A stretch of DNA of 64,000 nt from Naegleria gruberi (taxonomy: Eukaryota), in assembly GCA_000004985.1 (NCBI GenBank), contig GG738864.1. One strand, written 5' to 3'. The position numbers were made by a program, and so were the translations under genes. Positions 43,391 to 55,925 of this stretch are shown piece by piece. The notes beneath the pieces are model-generated. The model was not told the DNA's origin. It was given only the letters and a program-made list of their open reading frames with translations, and searched no databases. Every line of letters begins with the position of its first letter. Position 1 is the first letter of the stretch.

Positions 43391-45391
43391 GTGAACAATG
43401 TTAACGGCAAAATCAAGAAAAAAACCACAACAATGCAAGCAAGTTTATTGACAATTTATTGTCTGTTCTTTTTCATTGCCGTAAAAGTTGTGAATGCCCA
43501 AACGTGCACAGCCTCTTCTTTGATCTCCAATTTTACATCCAGTCAAGCTTTATCCGTACGATGCCAAGTTGGTTATGCTGCTGACACTCATCAATTACAA
43601 TGTAGACCTTACGATGTTGTCTTTAATGAAAATTATGGTAAGCCATGTAATTTCACAAGTGAATGTTTATTGTCATTTGTGTGTAGTGATCTATCAAAGA
43701 TTTGTGTTCCTTCCAAATCAAGAAAACTTGGGGAGCCATGTCTTGCAAGAGAAAGCTGTGTTGCTGACCTCGCTTGTGCCAATGGGATATGTGCACCACT
43801 TGTTGATAGTTATGAAAAGAAATTAGGAGAAAAATGTAGATACTCTGACTATACAACTAACAAGTATTACTACTGTGCAAGCCCAAATAAGTGTGACTAC
43901 ACAACCTATCCTAATTACTATTGTTTTGAGAATGTTTACAATGGTGTTGGAGGTTTTTGTGGTATCAATGAAACCTCTTTCCAATTTGTTCTTTGTAATC
44001 CTGGGTCTCTTTGCAATTCTAAAACTCAAAAGTGTGTCACAACCTATTACAATGCAACACTTGGTGATGCATGCAATACGTTCACAACAGATTCCTTCAT
44101 TGATTGTAAATCTCCATTCTATTGTGATGCTGGAAAATGCTTTGCTTCAGCATTTGTTGGAGCTGGTGAGTCATGCAATTACAAAAATACTACTTCATAT
44201 ATCATGAATTATTGCAATAGTAATTTCTTTTGTGGTCCAGGATCAAAGTGTGCAACATCAATTTCATCTCCGTTGGGTGGTTATTGTGGACTGAATGGTA
44301 CTGATTACTACTCTTGTGCTTCTGGTACTGCTTCTTGTTATATTGATAAGTGTGTTCCAAATGTTAAGTCGAACGTTGGTGGATTGTGTGAAATTGTAAA
44401 CTCTACAGGATCATTTTCTTGTAACTCTTCATTATATTGTTTCAATAATACTTGTATGGAAAAGGGTAATTTGGGTCAAAGTTGTGAACACAATACTAAT
44501 TCATGCAACTTGGGTTTAGTTTGTAGATCTGTGCTTCTTGGGAGTAGTCCAAGAACATGTGAAAATCCTGGCAAGAAATATGATAATTGTACATCAGTAT
44601 CTGATTGCCAAAGAGAATTATTTTGCAAAAGATCTAAGTGTACTAACCTGAATGGAGATCCTGTTGGATCGACATGTACTTTCCACTCTGATTGTGATTC
44701 TGGATTATGCTTGAATAACATCTGCTCATTGAATTACAATGAAACTACATGTTCAAGTGACACAATTTGTTCGAATTATGAGTCCAAGTGTTCGTGTGGT
44801 TCAGGGAAGTCAACATCAAACAGTTCAGGAAAATGTGCTAGTCTGAAGAGATGTAACGCTCTCCAAAGCAATATCAATGTCTGTCTTGGTAACAATGCAA
44901 GAGGTCCTCTTTTGACAACCATCTTTGACAAGTACAGTTCTGTTCACAAGGCATGCGCCAAAGAATTCTCTCAATATTATTCATGCTTAAGAATTGGATT
45001 GACCAATGCAGGAAATGTTCCTGCTTTACCCATTTCTGGTTTAGATATTAATGCAGATTTCGATATTGACCCAGCTCCTACCAAGTTTTACAAGTGTGGT
45101 GCTACCATTAGTTTAGGTACTAATACATGCTCAGGAAATGGTGATTGCGTTGCTGATGAAGTGTGTAAATGCTACTCTGGGTACTTTGGATCATATTGCC
45201 AAAGTAAAGTTATTCCAAAGCCATCAAATCCAATTGTACCAAACAAGTCCCTAGGTAATAATAATGGAGGAGGAAGTAATAGAAATGAAACTAATCCTAC
45301 TTCAGGATTTGCTGCAAATAATTCGAAAGAAAATCTATTGCTGCTTACCTTTAACATGATCATCTTGTTTCTGGGTATCAGTTTCCAATAA
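43391..45391 (+). CDS. Cysteine-rich secreted, probably GPI-anchored, surface protein with EGF-like modules.
   Basis: - Signal peptide after the second Met (MQASLLTIYCLFFFIAVKVVNA; probable start about 43433).
- More than 90 Cys in repeated CxxxxxC...CxxGxC spacing.
- One clear EGF-like module near the C-terminus (CSGNGDCVADEVCKCYSGYFGSYCQ).
- Ser/Asn-rich stalk.
- C-terminal hydrophobic tail (ENLLLLTFNMIILFLGISFQ), consistent with a GPI signal. Confidence 0.6.
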   Translation: MNNVNGKIKKKTTTMQASLLTIYCLFFFIAVKVVNAQTCTASSLISNFTSSQALSVRCQVGYAADTHQLQCRPYDVVFNENYGKPCNFTSECLLSFVCSDLSKICVPSKSRKLGEPCLARESCVADLACANGICAPLVDSYEKKLGEKCRYSDYTTNKYYYCASPNKCDYTTYPNYYCFENVYNGVGGFCGINETSFQFVLCNPGSLCNSKTQKCVTTYYNATLGDACNTFTTDSFIDCKSPFYCDAGKCFASAFVGAGESCNYKNTTSYIMNYCNSNFFCGPGSKCATSISSPLGGYCGLNGTDYYSCASGTASCYIDKCVPNVKSNVGGLCEIVNSTGSFSCNSSLYCFNNTCMEKGNLGQSCEHNTNSCNLGLVCRSVLLGSSPRTCENPGKKYDNCTSVSDCQRELFCKRSKCTNLNGDPVGSTCTFHSDCDSGLCLNNICSLNYNETTCSSDTICSNYESKCSCGSGKSTSNSSGKCASLKRCNALQSNINVCLGNNARGPLLTTIFDKYSSVHKACAKEFSQYYSCLRIGLTNAGNVPALPISGLDINADFDIDPAPTKFYKCGATISLGTNTCSGNGDCVADEVCKCYSGYFGSYCQSKVIPKPSNPIVPNKSLGNNNGGGSNRNETNPTSGFAANNSKENLLLLTFNMIILFLGISFQ

Positions 45392-45776
45392 AACTTAAAA
45401 TAAATATCCTTATTAAACTTTCCATGTTACAAACAGCCAACCTTATATACAACGAGGAGTTTAAACATCCACTTTTTTAACGAATTAGTAATAGCGTGTT
45501 CAGGCAAGTTCGGTTCCTGCACTTTGCGTATTTTATACCACTCCGTATAAACGCCCAAATGTGGCAATGAGAATATCACTACAATCTATTCGCACCTAAA
45601 GCAAGGATTAGGAAACGATTCTTTTTGGCTTGCTTTTCTCGTCGCACATGTTTTTTGTTTCACACTAATTTTTTGTTTTAGCTCATTTCTTGCTTTAGTA
45701 TCTTTCTGAGGTGTGTAGTTTGTAGTGCCAACGACGTGACCAACAGTGTGTTAAGATTCTTCCCTCCAAAAAAAAA

Positions 45777-48700
45777 ATGAAAGCATGTTTTTTCGTTCTA
45801 CTCTTGCTCTGCATCTTTCTGTTCAGCCTTGCAAGTCAAATTGACTCACAAAGCCTTCAATATAATATCAGCACGGTTGCAGGTGGTGGTTCTATTGTGG
45901 GTGATGGTTTATTAGCTAATGAGGCTATAACAAGCTACCCGTGTCAATTGGCAATTAGTTCGATTAGTGGAGATTTGTTTTTTGGAGAGGTGGTATCCAA
46001 TAGGATTCGTAAAATTACATCCTCAACTGGTGTGATATCTACTATTGCTGGAACTGGAACTGGTGCATATGGTGGAGATGGCTCCATGGCTACTGCTGCT
46101 CAATTGTTTTATCCTTATGGTGTTGCTCTAAGTTTGGGTGGTGAAATTTATATAGCAGATTCGAATAATAATAGAATTCGTAAAATAGCTACAAATGGTA
46201 TTATTACAACAATAGCAGGAACTGGAACACGTGGATATGATGGAGATGGTGCTTTGGCCACAAGTGCCAAGTTGAATTTTCCTTCATCCATAGCAATTAG
46301 TGCAACCAATGAAATTTATTTCACAGACCAATTGCAATCATAGGATTCGAAAAATAGCAACTAATGGTAATATCTCAACAATTGCAGGAACTGGAACTGG
46401 CAGCTATGGTGGTGACAATGCAATTGCAACAGGTGCACAACTTTATGCACCTGCATGTATTGCAATAGATTCTAATGGTGAATTTTACATTTCCGATTCA
46501 ATGAACCATCGTATTCGAAAAATAGCTACTAATGGTATTATTACAACAATAGCAGGAACTGGAACACATGGATATGATGGAGATGGTGCTTTGGCAATTA
46601 ATGCACAATTATACAGCCCCACGGGGGTTGTTGTCAACTCAAATGGTGATGTTTATATTGCTGACTCAGGTAATAACAGAATTCGAAAAATCTCAAAAGG
46701 ATACATCTCAACAGTAGCAGGAAATGGAATAGCTGGATATAGTGGAGATGGTGGACTATCAACAAGTGCTCAATTAGCCACTCCCCAATCAGTTGCTATT
46801 AATTTAAATGGCGAGATTATAATTGCAGATTCTAATAATAATAGAATTCGTAAAATAGCAACTAATGGAAAAATTTCAACAATTGCTGGAACATCATCAT
46901 TTGGAAATAACATACCAGCTACTTCAGCATCCATCTCACCAGTTGGTGTTCCCACTCTCTACAATAATAAGATAATTTTCGCAGATGAATCTCAAATTAG
47001 ACAAGTAGACCTTGCAACTAATATCATTTCATTAATATCTGGAACTGATTATTTGGCAAGTCCTACAGCAGCTATGTATTTCAACAATGAATTATATATT
47101 CTCTATTCAAAACTCAATTTAGATAAGCCAAAGATTAATATTGTTTCAAGAGTTGTTGGTTCTGAGGGATATAATGGCGATGATATTGCAGCCACTAGTG
47201 CACTGTTGAATTATGCTCGCTCAATTGCTGTCAATTCAAATGGTGATGTTTATATTGCTGACACTTATAATAACAGAATTCGTAAGGTCTCATTTTCAAC
47301 TGGAATCATTTCAACAGTAGCAGGAACTGGAATTGCTGGACAAAATGGTGATGGTAATTTAGCTACAAGTGCACAACTAAATTTTCCTTCAGGAGTTGCT
47401 GTGAGTTCAAATGGTGATATTTATATTGCTGACACTGAAAATCATAGAATTCGTAAGATAGAAACTAATGGATACATTGCAACAGTTGCAGGATCTGGAG
47501 CATCTGGATATAGTGGAGATGGTGGGCTGCTAACTAGTGCTAAATTCCAACAACCTCAAGGAGTGGCTGTGAGTTCAAATGGTGAGATTTATATTGCTGA
47601 CACTGAAAACCATGTGGTTCGTAAAATTTCAACTTCGAATGTACTTTCTACAATTGCTGGAACTGGTTCTTATGGATACAATGGTGACGGTGGATTGGCA
47701 ATTACTGCAAAATTATTCTCTCCCATAGGAGTTGCAATAAGTTCGAGTGGTGAAGTTTTTATTGCTGATAATAACAATCACAGAATACGTAAAATTGCAA
47801 AAGATGGCTATATTTCAACAATTGTTGGCACTGGTTTGAATGGGTATGATGGAGATGGCGATTTGGCTACGAATGCTAAATTGGGTAATCCTCAAGGTGT
47901 GACTCTAAGTCCAACTGGTGAATTGTTTATTGCTGACCAAAACAATCATAGAATTCGTAAAGTAGCAAGTAATGGATATATTTCAACTGTTGCTGGTAAT
48001 GGTAACTTTGGATTTAGTGGAGATGGTGATTTGGCAACAAATGCTGAATTGAATAGTCCTTCAGGAATAGCATTCAGTTCCATTGGTACCATGTATATTG
48101 CTGATCGTTTAAATAGAGTAATTCGAAGAGTAATCTCTGGTAATATATCCACCATTGCTGGAGGTGTTGGTGATGGAGGACCAGCTACTGGAGGATACAT
48201 TCAAGCACAATCATTTGACATTTCTTCAACTGGTGAGATTTATATTGCTGACACTGAAAATCATAGAATTCGTAAAGTTTCAACATTGGGTAAAATTTCA
48301 ACTATTGCAGGAACTGGTGCAATGGGATACAGTGGTGATGGTGGATTGGCAATTACTGCAAAATTATCCTCTCCCGTAGGAGTTGCAGTTAGCTCAACTG
48401 GTGAAGTTTTTATTGCAGACCGAGACAACCATAGAATTCGTAAAGTAACACTTTCTGGTATCATTACAACCATTGCAGGAAATGGAACTAGTGGTTTTAA
48501 TAGTGATGGAATTGAAGCAAAATTTGCTCAATTGAATAGCCCTTCCTCAGTCACAATTTCAGGTGGTGAAATCTATATTGCTGACACAAACAATCATAGA
48601 ATTCGTCAAATATCCAATACTGGTATTATTAAAACAATTGCTGGAAATGGATTTGGTGGATATATTGGTGATGGTGTATTGCCACCTAATGCTCAATTGA

Positions 48701-51700
48701 ATAGTCCTTCAGGAGTTGCAATTTCTTCCACTGCTGAAATTTACATTGCAGAAAATAAGAGAATTAGAAAACTTACAGCGTTCTGTACAGAGAATGGTGT
48801 GTTGATTGATGGAAAGTGTGTATTTCAATGTTTTGGATATACGAATAGTAATTCCTCACTTGTTTGTTCTGGAAAGGGCAACTGTATTGGAAATGATAAG
48901 TGCAACTGTTCATGGCCATACTCTGGTTCCAAATGTGATGAGTTTTATTGCAATGGAGTGTTGAATACTAACAAAACATTTGTGTGTTCATCTCATGGTA
49001 CTTGCTCATCTCCAAACAATTGTTCTTGTGTCGATGGTTTTTATGGAAATATTTGTGAATTCTTTTATTGTAATGGCGTACAACAAAATAGTTTAAATGT
49101 ATGCTCAGGTCATGGACTCTGCTCTTCTTTGAATAATTGCACCTGTCAACAAGATTATTCAGGCATTGATTGTGAAAATTTCCATTGTTATGGACTGTCT
49201 AGAGTTGATCCTAAAGTTTGCTCATCTCATGGAATTTGCTCTTCCATAAATAATTGCTCATGTGCAACTGGATATGGTGGATCTAAATGCAACGAATATT
49301 CATGTTATGATGTGAATTCTACGAATAAGACAGTTTGTTCTGGAAGAGGAACTTGTTCTTCTCCCAATAATTGTACATGCGATCCAGGATACTATGGATC
49401 AAATTGTGAATTGTACGATTGTTATGGAATATCCAAAAACAATTCGAATGTCTGCTCAGGACATGGTACTTGCATTGCTATCAATAATTGTACATGTACA
49501 GATGGTTACTATGATACCAAATGTGATTCATTCAATTGTGCAGGAGAGAAATTCACTGGTCAATCACTGTGTCAGAATAATGGTACTTGTTCTAATCCTG
49601 GTAATTGTGATTGTCCTTATCAGTTTGGAGGTGCCAGATGTGAATATTACAAATGTTATACCTATACTTCTAATGAAGCAAAAGTATGTGGCGGGCATGG
49701 TACTTGTTTAAATTACAATAATTGTTCTTGCTCTGGCAAGTGGATTGGTGACGATTGTACACAGACTACTTGTTATGGTAAAAGTTCAAACTCTAGCTCA
49801 GTATGTGGTGGAAGAGGTAATTGCACAGACTTTAATCAATGCACATGTTATGATGGGTATAGAGGTGTCGAATGTCAACACATTGTCTGTTTTGATAAGA
49901 TTGAAAACGATACATCAGTTTGTTCAGGAAATGGCAAATGTCTAACATCAAACAATTGTACATGTCAAATTGGTTATGTTGGAAATGAATGTCAATATCA
50001 CGAAATTTATTTGAATACCTCATCTGCCATAATATTTTCATTCCAGGAAAGTTTAATGAAATTGTTGCCAAATGAGAGTGGAATATTTTCATGTTCTGAA
50101 ATTTTCACTGATTCTGAAATTGCCAAATTTGGAGAAAGTACTTCGATTTCTTGCCAATGGAGAAGAAATTCACTCCTAATTCATCTTGGATTTGATTATT
50201 CTATTCAACAATACTCAATTATTCAATCAAAATTCAACTTTTCAATGAGAGTTTCTAGCTTGTCCTCAGTTTCTAATAGTGATGCTCCATCTCCAACTTG
50301 TTCTTTCGGATATGTATTGAATGAAGCTTCTCCATTATTGGATGTAGTGATACGTTTGAATTGTGATGAGAATTTGCATGGTTTTAAAAAGAGTAGAACC
50401 AGTTGGATGTGTAGTCAATGTACAGGAGCAATTTCATCAATTTTAAGTAACTATTCGAATAGATCCAGTGTTTATATTCCAATTTCGTATATGAACGCTT
50501 TGAATCCTGTTCAAGGATACAAGACAATTAATTTGCAAGCTTCTTATTCATCATCTGTTTCTTCCACCATTTCCACTAGTAAGGAAGTAAAGGTTCAAAC
50601 CTATACGAAATCTTTACCTCCAAGTTATTACTGGCTAAGTGATAATTATGATGGAAAAACCTATTCATGTGTTGGCCATAATTGTATCATTGAAACTTCA
50701 TTGAATAGTTTAAACTCCTCAATTTCTTATTCATTCTCTGGTTTATTTAGTTTATTGAACACTGATTTATATTCGAAACAAATGGTGAGATTGATAAATG
50801 AATTTTCAGGAGGAATTGTCGACAGTGAATTCAGTTCTAACATGCAAGTTTTTGGAGTTCAACTCAAGACCTATGTTTACTTACCGTATAGTATTGATTC
50901 ATTCAAATATTCCACATTTACAAATTTGGATTATGTCATGACAGGCGTCAATAGAACCTACTCAATCAATGCAGATAACTTAATAACTATAGGTTTGACT
51001 ATTGATGATCCATACATTTCAAAATACACATTAAGTGATTACATGGTATTCTCCTGGAAATGTTTCCAAGTTTCTCCTTCTAATAGGTCTTTAATTTTGA
51101 CCGATAATTTGTGTTCCTCAATAACTGACAATGCCAAATCAAATATTGAATTGGATATCAGCAAAATGTCTTTGAAAGAAGGTTCATATTTAATATCTGC
51201 TTCAATTTCATCGACTAAATACTTTGTTACAACAGTTTACAATTATGAAGGATGGATTGACTTGTTGGGAATTTCACAGGATTCTCCTCAGATAACTACA
51301 GATTATGTACCTGCTATTACTCCTTCTCATCACAATATTTATTTAAGAAATGTGGTGAAATCTTCAACAAGTGTTTCATTCTATTGGAAACTCAAAAGTG
51401 GTGAATTGAATATTGACGAAACTGTTGAAGATTTCCTTCAAAGAAATACAGTTTCTAAATCTATCTTGGGTAACAATGTTGAAATTATCTTGAATATTGA
51501 CAATGATTATCTCATCCAAGGAGAATATTATGAATTTGAATTGTCAACCAAGAATTCTAACGGTGTTTCAAATATTTCCATTTCAACAAGAATGGATTTC
51601 ACTCCTCGATTGTCATGTAATGTGGAAAATGTGAAGAATGAAGCTAACTTGACCAGTTTTGAATCTTTAATATCTATTACATGTGTAAAATTGCCATACG

Positions 51701-54134
51701 AAAGTATATCAAGTTTCGTCATGGAATTCCATTCACAAAACGAAAGATTAGGAGTCATTTCGAATACTCCAAAGAAGGCTCTTATTACCAGAGTTCCTTA
51801 TGCAATGGATGGAACAGTTACCTTAATCGTGAAACTTCAAAATTTATATGGATCTATTGGAATTTATAGAACTACTATCAGCGCTCAATTACCAAATGCT
51901 TTGACAAGTGACAACTCTATTTCTTCAAGATTTACATATGTATCCAAACAATTCCAAATTCTCAAAAATGCTCAACCAGCCAAAATTGAAGTTTCCAACG
52001 AAGTCAACACCTTACTTTCTTTATTAATCCAAAACGAAACTCTTTCTAAAATTTCAGAGAAAATTTCAAAGGAATTGAAATCTGATCAATTAGTTTCCTT
52101 TAATACAATGCTCAAAGAAATGCTAACCCTCACCAAGAGTCTACAAGACATTACTTACAAAGTTGATGAAAGATTAATTCAATTAATTCTGCCAATTGTC
52201 AACAAAATTTCCACAATTCTCAAATTAACTCTTGACACATCGTCATTATCCAATTTTGCTTCAGAATTGGAAATTTGGTTGGACTGGATTTATTCAGGAA
52301 TGAATAAGGCACTCAATTACTATCCAACTTTCATTTACAAGGAATTATTAGATGAATTTCATTTACAAGAAATTGTTTCGTTACAAAATATACTTTCGAA
52401 TATATACCAAAATAATTTGGATCAACAATTTAAATACCACAAGTACAATTTACAATATATCAAGCTTACAGGAAGTAATAGTGATAATTCAAGCTTTGTG
52501 GAAGATGTTGAGTTTTCTGATTTATTGAATGACAAGTCAATTTCACTTTCTGTTTCTAATTTTAAAGTTGATATGAAATTACCAAGTGATTTTACCAATC
52601 AAATTTCATTGAAATCAAAATCAAAACTATACTATTCCATTACCTCATTCAGTGATAATCAAACTGGTTCAAAACTTTTACAAAACAAACCAATAATTGA
52701 CCTATCTCTGTACGATACATCTTACAATGCAATATCAGTTGACAACATTAATCCACCAATAGTTTTCAAGTTCCAAGGATTGTTTTCCACTAACAAGACT
52801 AATATTAACACAACTTGTGTCTATTACAATACCATACTAGGAAAATGGTCAACCAATGGATTGCAAACAATTACAAGCGTTACCAAACGAACTGAAGAGT
52901 ACATGTACTTTGATATGGAATGTCATTCAAGTCACTTGTCTGTATTCTCAGTTCAAGAGGTTGATTACAACACCCCAATTATACCAGCCATTTCATCTAA
53001 CAAAGCTTCAAACCAACAAGAAAATCTCACCATTATTTTAGCTACTGTTTTACCTGTTAGCTTTTTAATCCTTATTTTCATTATTATCCTCTTTGTGTTT
53101 ATCATTTTACTATTCAGATTTAAGCAAAAGAAAGCAAATGAATTTGCCATTGCAACCAAAACCAATCTTGAAATGGAAGGTTTCTCAAGCAGTGATTTCC
53201 CATCCTCAGAAGGAAGCATGTTTATTCATCCTCTTATGAGTATTTCCTCAAATGGAACAACTAGTGAAGCATTCAATCCATTGTCAAGATATTCTGATTT
53301 AGTAAGAATTGGCCAAGGAGCTTTTGGAAGTGTTTTTAAAGCATTTGATAGTAAGACGTCAACTGTTAAGGCGATTAAGGTAATTAAATATTCATCCATG
53401 GAGGAGTTGAATAATTTCATGAAAGAAGGAACGCAGTTGATGAATGTGACACATCCTTATATTTTGAGAGTGAATGATTTCTTTGTGAGTAAGGATCAAT
53501 TGCTATGTATAGATATGGATTTTTATGAATTAGGAGATTTGGTCAAATTGACCAATGTTGAATTTGATTGCTCGGAGAAGTTAATCAAACAAATTATTTA
53601 TCAAATGTGTCAAGCTTTGGATTATATTCACTGCAATATGAAAATCATTCACAGAGATATCAAACCATCTAATGTTTTTGTAAAGAGTATGGAAAATGAC
53701 GATATTCACATTATTGTTGCCGATTTCGGATTGGCTAAATCAAATATTGGTGGATCAATGAATAATTCCTATGCAGGTACACCTATATTTATGGTAAGTT
53801 TTCAAATATTTCTTTCGATTCGAATAATTTTTAGTCTCCTGAACTTGGCTTGGGTGGAAAATATTATTACAATACTGATATTTACAGTTTAGGTGTTACT
53901 GTATATCAAATAATGACCAAAGACACCTCTACTTCAATCAGTCAATTGTATCTTGGAAAGGAACAAAATGAAGTTACAACGCTATTGAGAAAAAAGCTTA
54001 AAGATGGTGGACATTATTCTGAACGAGTTGTGGAATTGGTTTTACAAATGTTAACAAAGGATAATTTAACTAGGCCACAAGCTCAAGATATTTTGGAAAA
54101 TTCCTATTTTGATGATTTGAGAATGAAACGATAA
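45777..54134 (+). CDS. Giant receptor-like Ser/Thr kinase: signal peptide, ~25 NHL repeats, ~20 EGF-like modules, ~1,300-aa unknown ectodomain, TM and protein kinase. Interrupted by an apparent +1 frameshift near 46328 and by one 41-nt intron in the kinase domain.
   Basis: - Track ORFs 45777..46343 and 46300..53892 encode the same ~55-aa NHL unit (...NHRIRKIATNGIITTIAGTGT.GY.GDGG.AT.AQL..P.GVA....GEIYIAD..) in two frames.
- Deleting one C from GACC at about 46328 restores ...EIYFTDNCNHRIRKIATNG..., matching the repeat consensus.
- EGF-like units: CSG.G.C...N.C.C..GY.G..C.
- TM segment: LTIILATVLPVSFLILIFIIILFVFIILLF.
- Kinase motifs: GQGAFGSVF, VKAIKV, HRDIKPSNVFV, DFGLAKS, GTPIFM.
- Donor GTAAGT at 53794, acceptor TAG at 53834.
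- The last exon runs from 53835 and encodes SPELGLGGKYYYNTDIYSLGVTVYQIMT...RP.A.DIL.., through to 54134. Confidence 0.7.
45990..48790. repeat. Tandem array of about 165-nt coding repeats (NHL units) with the recurring core aatcatagaattcgtaaaat.
   Basis: The nucleotide motif (a/g)a(t/c)(c/a)a(t/c)agaat(t/a)cg(t/a)aaaat(a/t) recurs about 20 times at 150-170 nt spacing across the 5' third of the giant gene. Confidence 0.7.
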
Positions 54135-54252
54135 AGTTTCTACAATATTTTCTCAATCTAAAATGATTCCTGTCAGATTATTTCACTTCCAATAAATCAG
54201 TAAGTTCCAAGACAATCACAATGGAATAAATAGTGATGAATGATATCATTAT

Positions 54253-55925
54253 TTATTCTTCATCTGATTCGAAAGCCACATTCTTCTTTTTAGGGAATGT
54301 TTGCAGAGCTCTAGATTTTCCTACCGGGCTACTAACCAGTGGATTTGAGATTAATCTACTAAAACTTCCACTATTTGTAGAAAGGGACAGTTGTGCAAGG
54401 GATTGTTTCAAGGTTTCACAAATCTCTTCCCATTCAGGTCTTGCATTCATGTCTGCTGACCAGCATTTAGTAATGAGCTTGATTATCAAATTATTTACAA
54501 CGTTATACTCAATTCTAAAGTGCTCACCAAAGAACATTTCCCTGAGCTCTGTTTGGGTTGGTATCTTTGGACGCATTTCTTCATGAATCACTTTGTGTGT
54601 AATATCATAAATGTTGAGTCCTGGATACAACTCCTTTTCAAAAATTAACTCATATATACAAATGCCAAAACTGTAGATATCCGCTTTGAATGAATAATGA
54701 CCTTCTGCCAAAATCTCTGGAGCAGTAATTTCAACTGTACCACATTTAGTGTGCTTCTTTTGTTTGTTGTTAAATAGCCTAGCAATACCAAAATCTGAAA
54801 TCTTTAGAGTCCAGTCATTAGTTACAAGGCAGTTAGATACTTTCACATCAGAGTGAATAATATTTTTTGATTTGAGATAGTTCAGTCCGTTAGCAGCGTC
54901 CAATAGCAATTTACATTTCTTTTTCAGGGTGAGTCCAGATTTGAAAGAGCTCTTTTGTAATCTTCCTTGTAAGGTCTCATCATCGATTGAAAACCTGGAA
55001 ATGTGTTGTGTATTGAGCTTTATCAGGTTGGTGTCATCTAGCTCCGTTGTCGGTGGGTGATTAATAGGACTCATGGTCATGCCTGCACCAGAATAGGATG
55101 TTTTCAATAGTTTGTCTAAACTTCCTCTCGAGCAATATTCTGTGACAATATAAAAGAATGGAGGTTTGATAGATGCAGCAATGAACTGCACAATATTTGG
55201 ATGTCTGATTGTACTCATTATTTGAGTCTCCTTCATGTACTCTTTCAGTGGATCCTCCAACAAGTCACAAATTAAGCATTGCTTGACTGCAACAAGAACA
55301 TTGAGATATCGTGCCTTATAAACAACTCCACTACTACCAACACCAATTTGTTCCATCAATTCCAAATCATCAGATGAAATACTCATACTTCTCAATTGCG
55401 GAGAGACTCGAATGATCGCATCATTCAATTCCTTTGACAAATCATTGTATGGTAACTCTTCTGGATTTTCAACAGGTTTCAACTTGTTGAAATGTGCATT
55501 CAAATCTTCAGCAATATGAGAGCTAGTATTTAAATCCGTTAAACCACTATCATTCAAATCAATTACTATCGAATTTGAATTATCAACCCTTGATCCCACA
55601 TTGGTGATTTAATTTGCATACTCTTAAAATCCATCTCATCATTCATTCCATAATATTCACCACTATCCCTCTTTTTCATGAGTGGTTTCGTTTTCTCCGA
55701 ATTTTTACAACAATAATTACAAGTTAGTGTATTTACAAGTGTTCTACATAATCCTCTCCTTCCCAATCGACTCTTTATCATACATAGCAAACAACCACTC
55801 ATCATGATATTGACCAATAACATGGCAGAACTTAGCACTATCAATGACCACTGAATCACAGGAGAATCATTCAGTGGTAAAAGCAAGATATTGTTCTCAA
55901 CACTCATCGGAAAATAATAACACAA
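54253..55925 (-). CDS. Membrane-anchored protein kinase (TKL-like) with an HSD (not HRD) catalytic loop; 2 exons.
   Basis: - Exon 1 is 55925 (or the MSVENN Met at 55904) to 55622. It encodes a short N-terminal segment, a TM helix (VIQWSLIVLSSAMLLVNIMMSGCLLCMI) and a Cys-rich juxtamembrane region, ending ...GMNDEMDFK-.
- The donor is GTATGC at 55621, the intron is 33 nt and the acceptor is AAG at 55589.
- Exon 2 is 55588..54253, in frame with track ORF 54253..55599.
- Kinase motifs: GVGSSGVVYKA, VAVKQ, HSDVKVSNCLV (catalytic Asp retained), DFGIARL, APEIL, DIYSFG. Confidence 0.65.
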
